Shown here: piece after piece, positions 1 to 10,483 of the stretch
Layout: each line of letters starts with the position of its first letter
Position numbering within the stretch: position 1 is the stretch's first letter
Source: Candidatus Poribacteria bacterium
GTDB taxonomy: Bacteria > Poribacteria > WGA-4E > WGA-3G
Reading direction: 5' to 3'
DNA: 64,000 nucleotides
Assembly (NCBI GenBank): GCA_965198235.1
Contig: OZ240248.1
Coordinates: 3,488,001-3,552,000, forward strand
Notes under the pieces: generated by a model
Databases searched by the model: none
The model's input: only the letters and a program-made list of their open reading frames with translations
Told to the model about the DNA's origin: nothing
Position numbers and translations under genes: made by a program

Positions 1-206
1 TGGCACAACAACTCGCCTTCTTTGAAGGGATCGCTGGCGATTGGCGTTATGTGCTACAATGGCGTGAAAACATATATAAAGTTACGCCAGAGGACATCAT
101 GAGAGTCGCAAAAACCTATTTCACAAAAAGCAACCGCACCGTCGGCACACTCATTAAGAAAGAGGCAGTAGCACCCGCCGGTGAAGATACGGAGGGCAGC
201 GAATAA
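1..206 (+). CDS. C-terminal fragment of an M16 (pitrilysin-family) peptidase, cut by the window start
   Basis: Frame from nt 3 reads AQQLAFFEGIAGDWRY...KVTPEDIMRVAKTYFTKSNRTVGTL*, a typical M16 C-terminus. Its TAA overlaps the ATG of the next M16 gene (TAATG). Confidence 0.75.
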   Translation, partial: AQQLAFFEGIAGDWRYVLQWRENIYKVTPEDIMRVAKTYFTKSNRTVGTLIKKEAVAPAGEDTEGSE

Positions 207-2353
207 TGAAGAAACGAACCTTTACCGGGCTGGTCGTCGCGACACTGGTCGCCTGTCTCATTGTAGGGGGTATCCCATCTACATTTGCCAGATCACACGA
301 AGAACTTACCTTTGAACCGATTGAGTTTAAACCTCCCGTGCCAGAGAAGCGAATGCTCTCAAATGGGGTGACGCTCTACCTTCTTGAGGACCATGAGTTA
401 CCACTGTTTAACATCAACGGGTTGATTAAAACTGGGAACATCTACGATCCAGCGGATAAGGTAGGTTTATCATCAATATTCGCTACTGTTATGCGAACCG
501 GCGGTACGGTGTCGCGTGAACCGGACATGTTGAACGAGGAGCTGGAATCTATGGCGGCTTCCGTTGAAGTCGGCATGTCGCGTGAATACGGGACAATTAA
601 CCTCTCAACACTTGCAGAAGACATCGAAAAAGGATTGGAAATCTTTGCGGATGTACTCAGGAACCCAGCCTTTCGCGAAGATAAATTGGAACTCCGTAAG
701 CAGCAGGCGGTTGAAGGCATCCGTCGGCGAAACGATAATCCTATCCAACTTGCGTGGCGCAATTTCTCTGCGCTGCTCTACGGAACCGACCATCCATTCG
801 GGTGGTATTCTGAAATTGAAGGCATAGAGAGTATCACTGCTGACGATCTCAAAGCGTTTCATGCGAAATATTACCATCCCGACAACATGAGGCTCGCGAT
901 TACCGGCGACTTTGAAACGGAAACTTTGATTGCACAACTGGAAAAGGTCTTTGAAGGATGGGAGTCGGCGGATATTTCCTTTCCCGACGTTCCAACCGTA
1001 GATCCGACTCCGAAACCGTCCGTTAATTATATCTTCAAGGATCTCCCGCAGTCAGTGATGTTAATCGGACATTTCGGTATCAAACGCACACCCGATTTCC
1101 CCGATTTCTTCGCGCTCCGTGTCATGAACGATATTCTCGGTGAAAGTGGTTTCACGTCTCGTCTCATGAGGGAAGTGCGTGAGAAACACGGGCTCGCCTA
1201 TATGGTGGGTAGCATAATGCAGACCACTTATTACACGAATCCAGGGGAATGGTTCGCTTATTCGCAGACCCGTACTGAGAAAACGGCGGAGGCGATTTCA
1301 CTCATTATTGATGTCGTCAAAGGTCTCCGAGATACACCTGTACCGGAAGCAGAGTTGCAGCGCACCAAAGATTCGCTCATCAATTCGTTTGTCTTTGGGT
1401 TTGAGAGCAGCGCGCAAATCGCCTTCCAGCAGATGATGCTCGCTTATCGAGATTATGCACCAGACTTCCTTGAAACCTATACCGATAATATTGCCAAGGT
1501 CACGGCGGCGGATGTGCAGGCAGTCGCACAAAAGTATCTCCATCCGGACGCACTTACGATTGTCACTGTCGGCAATAAAGCCAATTTTGACCGATCTCTT
1601 GATGAGTTCGGTGAGGTTAACGAGATTGAAATAAAGCAACCGGAACCCCCGCCTGCGGAACCGATGCCTGAAGCGAGTGAAGGAGACATGGCGAAAGCCA
1701 AGGGGATTATCGCGGCGGCAGTCGATGCCTATGGTGGACTTGAAAAGCTGCAAGCCGTCAAAAACATTGTTGTGGAAGGTCGCGCTACAGCCAATTCACC
1801 GATGGGACAGATGAACTTGGATGTTAAGGGATATCAAGTCTATCCGGACAAACTGCGGCAGGACATCAAGATGCCTCAGGGCGAAATGAGTTACGCCTTC
1901 GATGGCACCTCTGGATTTGCGATGACCCCTATGGGACCGCAACCTTTACCTCCTGAAATGACGGCTTCCATGAAAGATGGCATTTTCAGAGAACCGATTT
2001 GGTTGCTCGCGAGTCTTATGCAAGACGATAGTTCGATCCAATACGCTGGCACAGAAGAGGTAATGGGAAAATCCGCTGCGATTGTGCTTGTTCCGCAGCC
2101 TTCAGGTGAAATACTCAGAGTTTTCATCAGTGAAGAGACACACTATATCGTGAAAATGGGATTCCGTGAGACAGAACAGGGCGTTGTTGTCAATAAAGAA
2201 ACGCTCTTGGACGATTATCGCGATGTGGATGGTGTCAAAGTGCCGCATCATATTCAGCAAAATGTAGAGGGTGAACTCTTCACCGAAACTCGTTTAAGCA
2301 GCGTCATGTTGAACGCAGAACTCGACGATTCGCTGTTTCAGGAGCCAAAGTGA
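206..2353 (+). CDS. Secreted M16 peptidase-like subunit (no HXXEH) with an extra C-terminal LolA/outer-membrane-lipoprotein-sorting-like domain
   Basis: Signal peptide, LSNGVTLYLLEDHELP, and SRLMREVREKHGLAY (R/Y pair). A Pro-rich linker is followed by AYGGLEKL...DYRDVDGVKVPH. Confidence 0.85.
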   Translation: MKKRTFTGLVVATLVACLIVGGIPSTFARSHEELTFEPIEFKPPVPEKRMLSNGVTLYLLEDHELPLFNINGLIKTGNIYDPADKVGLSSIFATVMRTGGTVSREPDMLNEELESMAASVEVGMSREYGTINLSTLAEDIEKGLEIFADVLRNPAFREDKLELRKQQAVEGIRRRNDNPIQLAWRNFSALLYGTDHPFGWYSEIEGIESITADDLKAFHAKYYHPDNMRLAITGDFETETLIAQLEKVFEGWESADISFPDVPTVDPTPKPSVNYIFKDLPQSVMLIGHFGIKRTPDFPDFFALRVMNDILGESGFTSRLMREVREKHGLAYMVGSIMQTTYYTNPGEWFAYSQTRTEKTAEAISLIIDVVKGLRDTPVPEAELQRTKDSLINSFVFGFESSAQIAFQQMMLAYRDYAPDFLETYTDNIAKVTAADVQAVAQKYLHPDALTIVTVGNKANFDRSLDEFGEVNEIEIKQPEPPPAEPMPEASEGDMAKAKGIIAAAVDAYGGLEKLQAVKNIVVEGRATANSPMGQMNLDVKGYQVYPDKLRQDIKMPQGEMSYAFDGTSGFAMTPMGPQPLPPEMTASMKDGIFREPIWLLASLMQDDSSIQYAGTEEVMGKSAAIVLVPQPSGEILRVFISEETHYIVKMGFRETEQGVVVNKETLLDDYRDVDGVKVPHHIQQNVEGELFTETRLSSVMLNAELDDSLFQEPK

Positions 2354-3129
2354 AAATGCTAAATTTACGCGTCCGCTATTTTCAAGACAGCACCCCGGTA
2401 GATGTACCGTGCCGTGAAACTGCTTTCATTCGGCGTGAGTTTGAAATGCCATTACCAGTTGAGGAGACCGCTTTGGTACTCGTTGATCTGTGGAACGTTC
2501 ATTTCATCGAAAGTTGGATAGAACGTGCAGCACAGGTAACGAAGGAATGTGTCGTCCCTGTGCTGAATGCTGCGCGGGAAGCGGGATTAACGATTGTGCA
2601 TGCCCCCTCTCCGTCGGTAGCAGAGCAGTATCCGCAACTCAAGCGGCACAAGCCGCCTGAACCGTCTATCCCTTCAGCATGGCCTCCCTCCAATTTCCGA
2701 AGTCGCGAGGGGGACTACGCCGTTTATCGCGGTCCTCGGAGTCAACCTCCCAGTATCGATATCCATTGGAACAAACTCGCATCGCAACTCTCTGTCTCCC
2801 CTGCGATTGACGTGAAACCGGAAGAATTTGTTATCGCGACGGGACAGCAGTTACATGAGCTGTTAGAGGAGCGGGGGATCTTACATCTGCTCTTCGCTGG
2901 CTTTGCAACAAACTGGTGTGTATTAGGCAGGGATTATGGGATTCGCTCTATGGCACGGTATGGCTATAATATCATCTTGTTCCGTGATGCCACAACCGGT
3001 GTGGAGTTTCCTGATACCTACGATAACCTGTTCACAACAGAGATCGCCATTCGGGAGGTGGAACAACAGTACGGCTTTAGTGCATCAAACGCCGATTTCT
3101 TTGAGGCAGTTGAGAAACTTCCAGCATAG
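2350..3129 (+). CDS. Isochorismatase-family cysteine hydrolase
   Basis: ALVLVDLWN and GFATNWCV motifs; GTGA overlap with the upstream gene. Confidence 0.8.
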   Translation: MKMLNLRVRYFQDSTPVDVPCRETAFIRREFEMPLPVEETALVLVDLWNVHFIESWIERAAQVTKECVVPVLNAAREAGLTIVHAPSPSVAEQYPQLKRHKPPEPSIPSAWPPSNFRSREGDYAVYRGPRSQPPSIDIHWNKLASQLSVSPAIDVKPEEFVIATGQQLHELLEERGILHLLFAGFATNWCVLGRDYGIRSMARYGYNIILFRDATTGVEFPDTYDNLFTTEIAIREVEQQYGFSASNADFFEAVEKLPA

Positions 3130-3242
3130 AGTTCTACCGATGGACTCCTATGTTTTACTGTTAGGCGAGGTCTCCGTGCCTCGCCTCTTTTCGTACGGAC
3201 TACCAACGGACTATGGATGTAACGCACGAGGAATGATTCCAC

Positions 3243-3494
3243 ATGAAAGCCAAAAATCTACAAGAATCCCAAAAATTATTGGACTCCGTGAGGGAATATT
3301 TCAATCGAGACGATGAGCTTGATAGCCGCAGAGAAAAGACAGAATACGGTTTGGGAAAGAGCGAGCAGGCGTTTGTTGAGAAGTTTCCGGCGGGCAGCTG
3401 CCTATTAGACATCGGTTGTGCGTCAGGTCGGTTATGCCTTGCACTCGCGCAGCTGAGATACGTTGTCACCGACATTGATGTTGCAGAGAATTAG
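3243..3494 (+). pseudogene. Truncated class I SAM-dependent methyltransferase
   Basis: SAM motif I LLDIGCASGR and VTDID are present, but the ORF stops at 83 aa. Confidence 0.65.
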
Positions 3495-3519
3495 AATGAG
3501 AAGGGACGCTTATAGGAAT

Positions 3520-3912
3520 TTATAGAGATTCATTGAACCGTTTGAAGAGTTTATCTCCGTCTTTCGGTGAAATAATTGTAGATTCCTCATTTTTTAAAAA
3601 AACAGATTCAAACTCTTCCGCTGCTAATAAATTGTCAATTGTTTTACAGATAGTTTCTTCAGTAAGCTCTTGGACAATCATCATATCAGATGCCCAGAAG
3701 TACAAGCCGTTGGCGCATTCTCCAGTCTTTTTGTAGTGTTTCATCAAGGTGTCAATATTTTGAAGGGTAAAAAAGACTGCGGAGAAACTCTCACCATTCG
3801 GGAAGGTGACTTGAACGTTGACATTATCGTTGTCGGGGTCCAGAGGGGCGATTCCGCGATAGATTGTTAATTGATAGTCGTTGCGTTGAACAGTTATGTA
3901 AGGTTTATCCAC
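3520..3912 (-). CDS. Hypothetical protein (130 aa)
   Basis: AT-rich ORF with protein-like composition (DNVNVQVTFPNGESFSAVFFT...GLYFWASDMMIV). Function not assigned. Confidence 0.65.
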   Translation of the reverse strand: MDKPYITVQRNDYQLTIYRGIAPLDPDNDNVNVQVTFPNGESFSAVFFTLQNIDTLMKHYKKTGECANGLYFWASDMMIVQELTEETICKTIDNLLAAEEFESVFLKNEESTIISPKDGDKLFKRFNESL

Positions 3913-3941
3913 TTTTATTTACCCAAAAATCAAGAATCGTT

Positions 3942-4661
3942 TTAAGAAGCCGAGGTGAATGCCCTTTTGAACTTTCGGAGCAACCGCGTAAAGAGTGCCA
4001 CAGCCCCAGGGTCTTGGCGTTTCGGTGAAAATTGGTAAGTTCCTTTGCCTTCCTCATCATATGATAGTGTATAGACACCTCGTGCATGCCGTCCGATTGC
4101 CATAAGCCCAAAAGCCTGTCCACCGTGGTATCTTTCAGATATATTTTTGGATCCGGTAGCGATAGCAATGACCCCATAGACGTGTGAATACCCGATTGTA
4201 ATCACACCAACAGAAGATATGCCCCCTATAGAGATCACACCACAAGAGCCAAGCCCGCCGATTGCAATCACACCAAAAGAAAAGTTGATGCCAATCGAGA
4301 TAATCCCGACAGAAAAGTTGCCAGCTGAAATGATTCCTGATGAAAATATGCCGTAACTTATGTGAGGAAACCCCAAATCCAACAGCAGATCCCTACTGGC
4401 GTGCCAGATGTCTAAAAAACCGGTGATGTCAACTTTTGTCATCTCTAAATACAATGCGATCATGTATGCCACGAAGGGCGAGCAAGCCACAATCACTAAG
4501 ATTATGAAAGTGGTGTGGAATTTCCGAACGTATCCGTTGAACGTGTTTCGGAAGATTTCCGTGTCAAAGGGATAGTTGTGAAGTTCTTCAGTTTTCGTCT
4601 GCTTTTCTGAAATTTCTGACATCTCTTTTCCCACTGCTAAATGCTGAAAACAATGTCTCAT
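3942..4661 (-). CDS. Hypothetical membrane protein with Gly-rich G(I/V)I(S/A/T)(I/A)G repeats (start may be 4622)
   Basis: One TM segment followed by repeated GIISAG/GIISIG/GVIAIG/GVISIG units. Confidence 0.7.
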   Translation of the reverse strand: MRHCFQHLAVGKEMSEISEKQTKTEELHNYPFDTEIFRNTFNGYVRKFHTTFIILVIVACSPFVAYMIALYLEMTKVDITGFLDIWHASRDLLLDLGFPHISYGIFSSGIISAGNFSVGIISIGINFSFGVIAIGGLGSCGVISIGGISSVGVITIGYSHVYGVIAIATGSKNISERYHGGQAFGLMAIGRHARGVYTLSYDEEGKGTYQFSPKRQDPGAVALFTRLLRKFKRAFTSAS

Positions 4662-4693
4662 TTTGATTTATGTAGAATGCAAAGGAGCGGGCT

Positions 4694-4846
4694 TTACTTC
4701 TCCAACTCAATAATTACTGTTGCGCGCTTTTCTGGGGCGAATATACTTGTCGCCAAAAGTTGGATGTCTGCATCCGTTACGCGCTGAACCGCATCATTGA
4801 GTGCTTTACTATCTATCTGCAATTGATACTGCCGACCAATTCCCAT
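4694..4846 (-). pseudogene. 50-aa ORF resembling an M16 peptidase C-terminal fragment
   Basis: Manual translation: MGIGRQYQLQIDSKALNDAVQRVTDADIQLLATSIFAPEKRATVIIELEK*, similar to the 'VTxxDIxxxAxxYxxPExxxxxIV' end of M16 proteins. Confidence 0.35.
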
Positions 4847-4882
4847 TTGTTTTTAGATCTTCGTTAGGAGCAATAACAGTGT

Positions 4883-5401
4883 TTATGTAGTTTCTCGATC
4901 GATTTCAGTCAGCGTCTCTTGGATAGATAAATTTAACTGGACTAACTCTTGTTGTAAATCGTATATTTGTTGGCGCAGTATCTTGATTTCATTATGCCGT
5001 TTTTGATCTGTATGTTTACGACGGCGGTACTCAATAAGTTGAGGACGATTCAAACGTAATCGTTGAATATAAAATGTGCTTTCAGGAGTTTCGCCAATGA
5101 GCTCACTGTTCTGTTGTTCGCGAAGATGCAAAGTGAGGTCGTCTTCAAGTGGATGAAGTAAGCGAATGTGTGGGATTTGGATTTCGTGCCAATATGTACC
5201 TTTGTGCTCGTTACATCGGTGGCAACAATAAACAAGGTTCTCATCATCGTTTGTGCCTCCGTGCACTGTTGGGCGATGGTGATCCACCGTCAATGTTGCT
5301 CCAACATCCGATTCATGAACCTCACAATATCCGCAACTGTATACATAACGTTGGCGGATCTTCTCTCGCTGCGATGCATTCATTCTGTCACTTGGTTTCA
5401 A
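4883..5401 (-). CDS. HNH endonuclease
   Basis: CGYC...TVDHHRPTVHGGTNDDENLVYCCHRCNEHKG, plus a coiled-coil tail. Confidence 0.9.
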   Translation of the reverse strand: MKPSDRMNASQREKIRQRYVYSCGYCEVHESDVGATLTVDHHRPTVHGGTNDDENLVYCCHRCNEHKGTYWHEIQIPHIRLLHPLEDDLTLHLREQQNSELIGETPESTFYIQRLRLNRPQLIEYRRRKHTDQKRHNEIKILRQQIYDLQQELVQLNLSIQETLTEIDRETT

Positions 5402-5741
5402 TGTATCCTTTTAAGAGGTTTTGACCAGTGAGGCAATAATACTTATCGGCAAGTCGTGCGCGTTTTGATTGGAGTTGCGTCAGATATGCGCGAGCATCGG
5501 TTAGCAGTTGCTTGTGCTCAATAACAATATCTTGCAATTGCGAGACAGTTTCCTCAAGCTCTGCTTTCTCTTCCAGCAGCTGTCGACTCTTTTCCTTTGC
5601 TGGTTTTAACGCTTCTGCTTCCTCAGCATCTAACTCAGCAAAGATGGCTAAAAGTTCTGCTTGCTCTTGTGTTGTCAAAGTTCCTTCTGCTTCGCGGAGT
5701 CGCAACTGTTCTAATCTATATTGTCTGTTTGTGCGTTTCAT
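5388..5741 (-). CDS. Small coiled-coil protein coupled to the HNH gene (putative antitoxin or partner)
   Basis: RLEQL...GTLTTQEQAEL motif; RBS GGAG; overlaps the HNH start. Confidence 0.65.
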   Translation of the reverse strand: MKRTNRQYRLEQLRLREAEGTLTTQEQAELLAIFAELDAEEAEALKPAKEKSRQLLEEKAELEETVSQLQDIVIEHKQLLTDARAYLTQLQSKRARLADKYYCLTGQNLLKGYIETK

Positions 5742-5810
5742 GATTATACTCTCCTACGGTTTGGCGATCTAACCCTGTATTAGGTATTCAACGTTTTATA
5801 TTTTTACTTC

Positions 5811-7703
5811 TCAATCAGTAGCAAAACTTTCCAGCGGCGGAAGTTCCGGATAGTTCCCGCGGGCCTGTCGCCATGCGAGGATGCCCTCAATGATCATCCA
5901 GATCTGTAAGGCTTCAACAACGATGCCGAATCCGAAGAGCAAATATTTGCCAGTGAAAAGCCAACCGGTCTCAGGGTTGAACATCTGGTGTAGCATCGCC
6001 CATGCAGGCATGATAAGCATGACTATCATTGGAAGGAGGGCGAACCAAATCGGTTTGTTACGGCGGAGGAGATAGAAAACGATCACCATAAAGGCTAATC
6101 CGGCTAAGAGCTGATTCGTTGCACCAAAGAGGGGCCAGAGCGTCAAACCGCCACTGCCGGGACCACTGGGTCCCTGTAGCAGAGCGACAGCCGTAGCAAG
6201 TACTAACGCAAACGCAGTCGCAATGTAACGGTTCGTCAAAGGCTTAAAGTTAACCGTTTGCGCCAGTTCGTGGATAACATACCGCTGGAGTCGCGTCGCT
6301 GTGTCCAACGTTGTAGCGGCGAAACTCGCAACGAGTACCGCCATAATCGCAATGCTCATTTTGAGCGGAATACCGAGGGACGCGAGGAAATTTCCACCGC
6401 CATCAACAAACGCACTCACCTTTGCCTTGAGTCCGTGGCTTGCCCAACCGCTGACGACCTTGGTAGTCCCATCAGCATTTGTTTCCGTCTTAATAGCATA
6501 GCGCGTTTTCCACGCGTCCTGATTCGTAACAGGGGTTGTGCTTTCTGCTTTGACAATAGGTTGGAATGTGTAGTTTGCACCGGTGCCGGTCCGGTTGAAA
6601 ATCCCCATACCGATGCCAGCGCAGCAGGCAAGAATAACGATAACGGCAAGTCCACCTTCAAGTAGCATCGCGCCGTATCCTACGTATTGCGCGTCGCCTT
6701 CGGATGCAACCTGTTTACTGGAAGTTCCGGAACTCACCATACAGTGAAAACCGCTGACTGCCCCGCACGCAATCGTAATAAATAGGAAGGGCCAAATCGG
6801 TGGGGCATCCGGTGGGATATCTGAGGCAATAGCAGGCGCGGAGGCTGTCAGATCCGCGCTGCCTGTCAAGCCTGCGATGGCAAGTCCAAGCACTAATAAG
6901 AGCAGTGCCAATACCAATTCATGGCTGTTAATGAAATCACGCGGTTGCAGAAGCGTCCAGACAGGCAACACTGAGGCGATAAAGCAGTAGACAAAGAGCA
7001 CCAACGTCCAAATCACCACGACGTTCAGGTAAGTTTTTCCGAGCAGCGGGATACCGAACCATTGTGCCAAGTCAATCGGTAGAACGTACGCACCGAGTGC
7101 CATCCCAATGTACATGATACCGAGCGCGATAATGGAAGGGATGAGAATATTGCCACCCCTACGGTAAATCCAGATACCAATGGCGACTGCGAGCGGAATT
7201 TCCACCCAAACAGACAGGACAGATTCAGGATAGTAGGAGAAAATCAGGGCGATGACCAAGCCGAAGATGGCAAGGACAATCGTCAGCCCCATAAAGAGGA
7301 CAAAAAGGAAGAGAAATTTAGCGCGCGGACCGATCATTCTGCCCGCAACTTCGCCGACGCTTTGTCCACGATTGCGGAGGGATACAACAAGCGCACCAAA
7401 GTCATGGACAGCACCGATGAAAACCGATCCGAGTACAACCCAAAGCAACGCCGGTAGCCATCCCCAAAAAACAGCAATGGCAGGTCCAACGATGGGACCT
7501 GTACCAGCGATGCTCGTGAAATGGTGCCCAAAGATGATCTCTTTTTTCGTTGGAACGTAATCGACATCATCTCGCAATTCTTGACTCGGTACCGTGGCTT
7601 GGGAATCTAATCCGAAAATCTTTCTCGCTAACCATTTACCATACGTATGATAGGCAACGATGAAACCGATAAAGCTCAAAATCGCAATAATAAGCGTGTT
7701 CAT
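5811..7703 (-). CDS. cstA: Carbon starvation protein A (peptide/pyruvate transporter family)
   Basis: FGHHFTSIAGTGPIVGP, LLQPRDFIN, ACGAVSGFH, TTLDTATRLQRY and LWPLFGATNQLL motifs. Confidence 0.95.
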   Translation of the reverse strand: MNTLIIAILSFIGFIVAYHTYGKWLARKIFGLDSQATVPSQELRDDVDYVPTKKEIIFGHHFTSIAGTGPIVGPAIAVFWGWLPALLWVVLGSVFIGAVHDFGALVVSLRNRGQSVGEVAGRMIGPRAKFLFLFVLFMGLTIVLAIFGLVIALIFSYYPESVLSVWVEIPLAVAIGIWIYRRGGNILIPSIIALGIMYIGMALGAYVLPIDLAQWFGIPLLGKTYLNVVVIWTLVLFVYCFIASVLPVWTLLQPRDFINSHELVLALLLLVLGLAIAGLTGSADLTASAPAIASDIPPDAPPIWPFLFITIACGAVSGFHCMVSSGTSSKQVASEGDAQYVGYGAMLLEGGLAVIVILACCAGIGMGIFNRTGTGANYTFQPIVKAESTTPVTNQDAWKTRYAIKTETNADGTTKVVSGWASHGLKAKVSAFVDGGGNFLASLGIPLKMSIAIMAVLVASFAATTLDTATRLQRYVIHELAQTVNFKPLTNRYIATAFALVLATAVALLQGPSGPGSGGLTLWPLFGATNQLLAGLAFMVIVFYLLRRNKPIWFALLPMIVMLIMPAWAMLHQMFNPETGWLFTGKYLLFGFGIVVEALQIWMIIEGILAWRQARGNYPELPPLESFATD

Positions 7704-7750
7704 AAGCGGAGTTCCAACTTTTCAAAATGGTACTGAGGGAAAGTGTGGGT

Positions 7751-8920
7751 TTACCTGATTCCCATTAAAACCTCGAATGTGAGCTGATCCAGTTTCTCGT
7801 ATCCGAGTCCCTTTTGGGCAAGGGTGTCCGGTTCAAAATCTATCTTTCTCAGTTTTCCGACGCTCTCGGCACTGTAATTTGCCATGAGTGATTCGAGTTC
7901 AGGATCGCGTGCTTGTATTTCAGCGAGCATCCCTTGAATTTCCGCATCTTCATTGAAACGGCGTGCTTTCTCTTTCAGAATCAGATAACTCCGCATGCAC
8001 CCTGCAGCAAAATCCCAGACGCCTTGTTCATCTTCAGTTCGGTAGGCGTGTGCATCGAAGTGGCGAGATCCATCCCAGCTCACATCTTCAAGGAACTTGA
8101 CGAGGAAAAACGCGCTTTTGATATTTTCAGAACCGAAGCGCAAGTCTTGATCGAAACGACTCATCTTCTGGTCGTTGAGGTCAATGTGGAAGAGTTTGCC
8201 TGATTCGTATGCTTGTGCGACACCGTGAATAAAACTCAAACCTGCCATCGTTTCATGGGCAAATTCGGGGTTAACACCGACCATTTCTGGGTAGTCAAGC
8301 GTCTCAATAAAATGGAGCATATGTCCTGTTGTGGGAAGATAGATGTCGCCGCGAGGTTCATTCGGCTTTGCTTCAAGCGCGAAACGGAGGTCGTACCCTT
8401 GGTCTTTGACGTAGTGCGTGAAGTAGTTCATCGCCTCGCGGTTCCACTTGACGGTATCGGGTCCGTTTTTAGAGGCATCTACTTCTGACCCTTCGCGGCC
8501 ACCCCAAAATACATAAATGGTCGCGCCAAGTTCAACACCGAGATCAATGGCATTCAAAGTTTTCTGGATGGCAAATGCTCGCACCTTGGGATCGTTAGAG
8601 GTAAACGCGCCGTCTTTAAAGATGGGATGATAGAAGAGGTTTGTTGTTGCCATCGGCACCTTCATACCGTGATCGGCGAGTGCCTTCTTAAATTCGCTGA
8701 CAATTTTATCGCGTTCAACAGCTGAGGCGTCAAAGGGTACCAAGTCATTATCGTGTAAATTGACACCGTATGCGCCCAGTTCGCTTAATTTTTGGACAGT
8801 GTATGTGGGTTTCAAGGGGGGCCTGACAACATCACCAAATGGATCGCGACCCGGATTACCGACCGTCCATAATCCAAAGGTGAACTTATGCTCAGGCTTA
8901 GGCTGATACTGTTCTGACAT
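7751..8920 (-). CDS. xylA: Xylose isomerase (short Streptomyces/Thermus-type)
   Basis: [35 protein letters not shown] and FHIDLNDQ motifs. Confidence 0.97.
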   Translation of the reverse strand: MSEQYQPKPEHKFTFGLWTVGNPGRDPFGDVVRPPLKPTYTVQKLSELGAYGVNLHDNDLVPFDASAVERDKIVSEFKKALADHGMKVPMATTNLFYHPIFKDGAFTSNDPKVRAFAIQKTLNAIDLGVELGATIYVFWGGREGSEVDASKNGPDTVKWNREAMNYFTHYVKDQGYDLRFALEAKPNEPRGDIYLPTTGHMLHFIETLDYPEMVGVNPEFAHETMAGLSFIHGVAQAYESGKLFHIDLNDQKMSRFDQDLRFGSENIKSAFFLVKFLEDVSWDGSRHFDAHAYRTEDEQGVWDFAAGCMRSYLILKEKARRFNEDAEIQGMLAEIQARDPELESLMANYSAESVGKLRKIDFEPDTLAQKGLGYEKLDQLTFEVLMGIR

Positions 8921-9154
8921 TCATTTACTCCTATTGCTTGTTAATTTTGGCGAAGTTTATAAGCCAACATTTAGATTATACTATATTTTGTGGATTTGTT
9001 GCAAGTTCTTAACCGTTGTCTGCTTCTGTTATTGCGTCCATGTAGGAGGTTCCTTATGAGACGCATCGTATCTTGATGAATAGAACTATCGTTCTGAAGG
9101 AGGTCGTTTCTATAGTTAACTACTGAAGTTGAGGGTGTTCGTGTAAGTGGTGTG

Positions 9155-10483
9155 TTATGCGTCAAGGTGCGTGGAAATCTGTTTCAGGACCTTTTCATAG
9201 TCTGCTTCCAATTCCAGCGGTTCATTGAGATAGCGAGGCGGTGGTTCCCCAGGTGTAATATCGTGATACGCCACCTTGAAATCAGGGAATTTGAGCCCAT
9301 TCGCTGTAGAGATAACGATAACCCGATCATCTGGACGAATCTGTTTACGTTCGACCATTTTTATCAGTACAGCGAGTGCTACACCGGTATGCGGACAATT
9401 GAACAACCCTGTCCTATCCGCTCTCGCAGCAGCATCCGCCAATTCTGCTTCCGTAGCTTGGTCAACGATGCCATCGAACCGTCGTAACGTTCGGATAGCA
9501 CGGTGGATAGAGACCGGATTGCCAATCTGAATCGCCGTGGCTTGTGTGGCTTGTGCCGTGATGGCATGGAACTCTGTGAACCCTGTTTGGTAGCTTCGAT
9601 AGAGTGGGTTTGCGCGTTCAGCTTGGGCACAAGCGATGCGCGGAAGTTTGTCAATGATACCGAGTTCCAGCATCATTAAAAAGCCGAGTCCAAGTGCTGA
9701 AACATTGCCGAGGTTACCCCCGGGAATAATTATCCAATCCGGTACTTCCCAATTGAATTGCTGCACGATCTCGATACTAATCGTTTTCTGCCCTTCAATT
9801 CGGAGAGAATTGATGGAATTGGCGAGATAGAAATCTTTCCGAGCAGAGAGTTTTTGGACGATTGCCATGCACCCATCGAAATCGGTCTCAAGTGAAAGCG
9901 TCAACGCCCCATTGGCAATCGGTTGAATAAGTTGCTCACGTGTAACTTTCGCTTTTGGTAACAGGATTACCGCCGGGATGCCCGCTGCAGATGCATACGC
10001 TGCCAAAGCGGCGGAGGTGTCGCCGGTTGAAGCACACATGACAGCACGGAGATCTCCGGACTCCGACATAATCTGATTGACCATTGAGACCAAGACGGTC
10101 ATCCCGAGATCTTTAAAAGAACCCGTATGACTGTTGCCGCACTGCTTAATCCACAAATCGCCCAAGCCGAGTTGATCGCCGAAACGTTCTGCCCAGAACA
10201 GATTGGTGCCACCCTCATACATAGAAATGATGTTATTATCATCAATGTTCGGACATACGAGTTCCTTTTTCCCCCAGACGCCGCTGCCATACGGATATTG
10301 CGTGCGCATGTAGCGTTGTTCAAAGAGAGTTTTCCATTCAGCCGCGCGGCGCTGTCTCAGCATGTCCATATCGTGCTGGACCTCTAACAACCCATGGCAG
10401 TTTTTGCACCGATAGATGACTTCTGTAAGCGGATAGGTCTCATCACATCCTTCGCTGCACTGGAACCATGCATCGTAGTTCAT
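9155..10483 (-). CDS. thrC: Threonine synthase (plant-like subtype)
   Basis: PLP lysine motif HTGSFKDLGM; CASTGDTSAALAAY; PGGNLGN; N-terminal YPYGSGVWGKKE. Confidence 0.95.
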   Translation of the reverse strand: MNYDAWFQCSEGCDETYPLTEVIYRCKNCHGLLEVQHDMDMLRQRRAAEWKTLFEQRYMRTQYPYGSGVWGKKELVCPNIDDNNIISMYEGGTNLFWAERFGDQLGLGDLWIKQCGNSHTGSFKDLGMTVLVSMVNQIMSESGDLRAVMCASTGDTSAALAAYASAAGIPAVILLPKAKVTREQLIQPIANGALTLSLETDFDGCMAIVQKLSARKDFYLANSINSLRIEGQKTISIEIVQQFNWEVPDWIIIPGGNLGNVSALGLGFLMMLELGIIDKLPRIACAQAERANPLYRSYQTGFTEFHAITAQATQATAIQIGNPVSIHRAIRTLRRFDGIVDQATEAELADAAARADRTGLFNCPHTGVALAVLIKMVERKQIRPDDRVIVISTANGLKFPDFKVAYHDITPGEPPPRYLNEPLELEADYEKVLKQISTHLDA

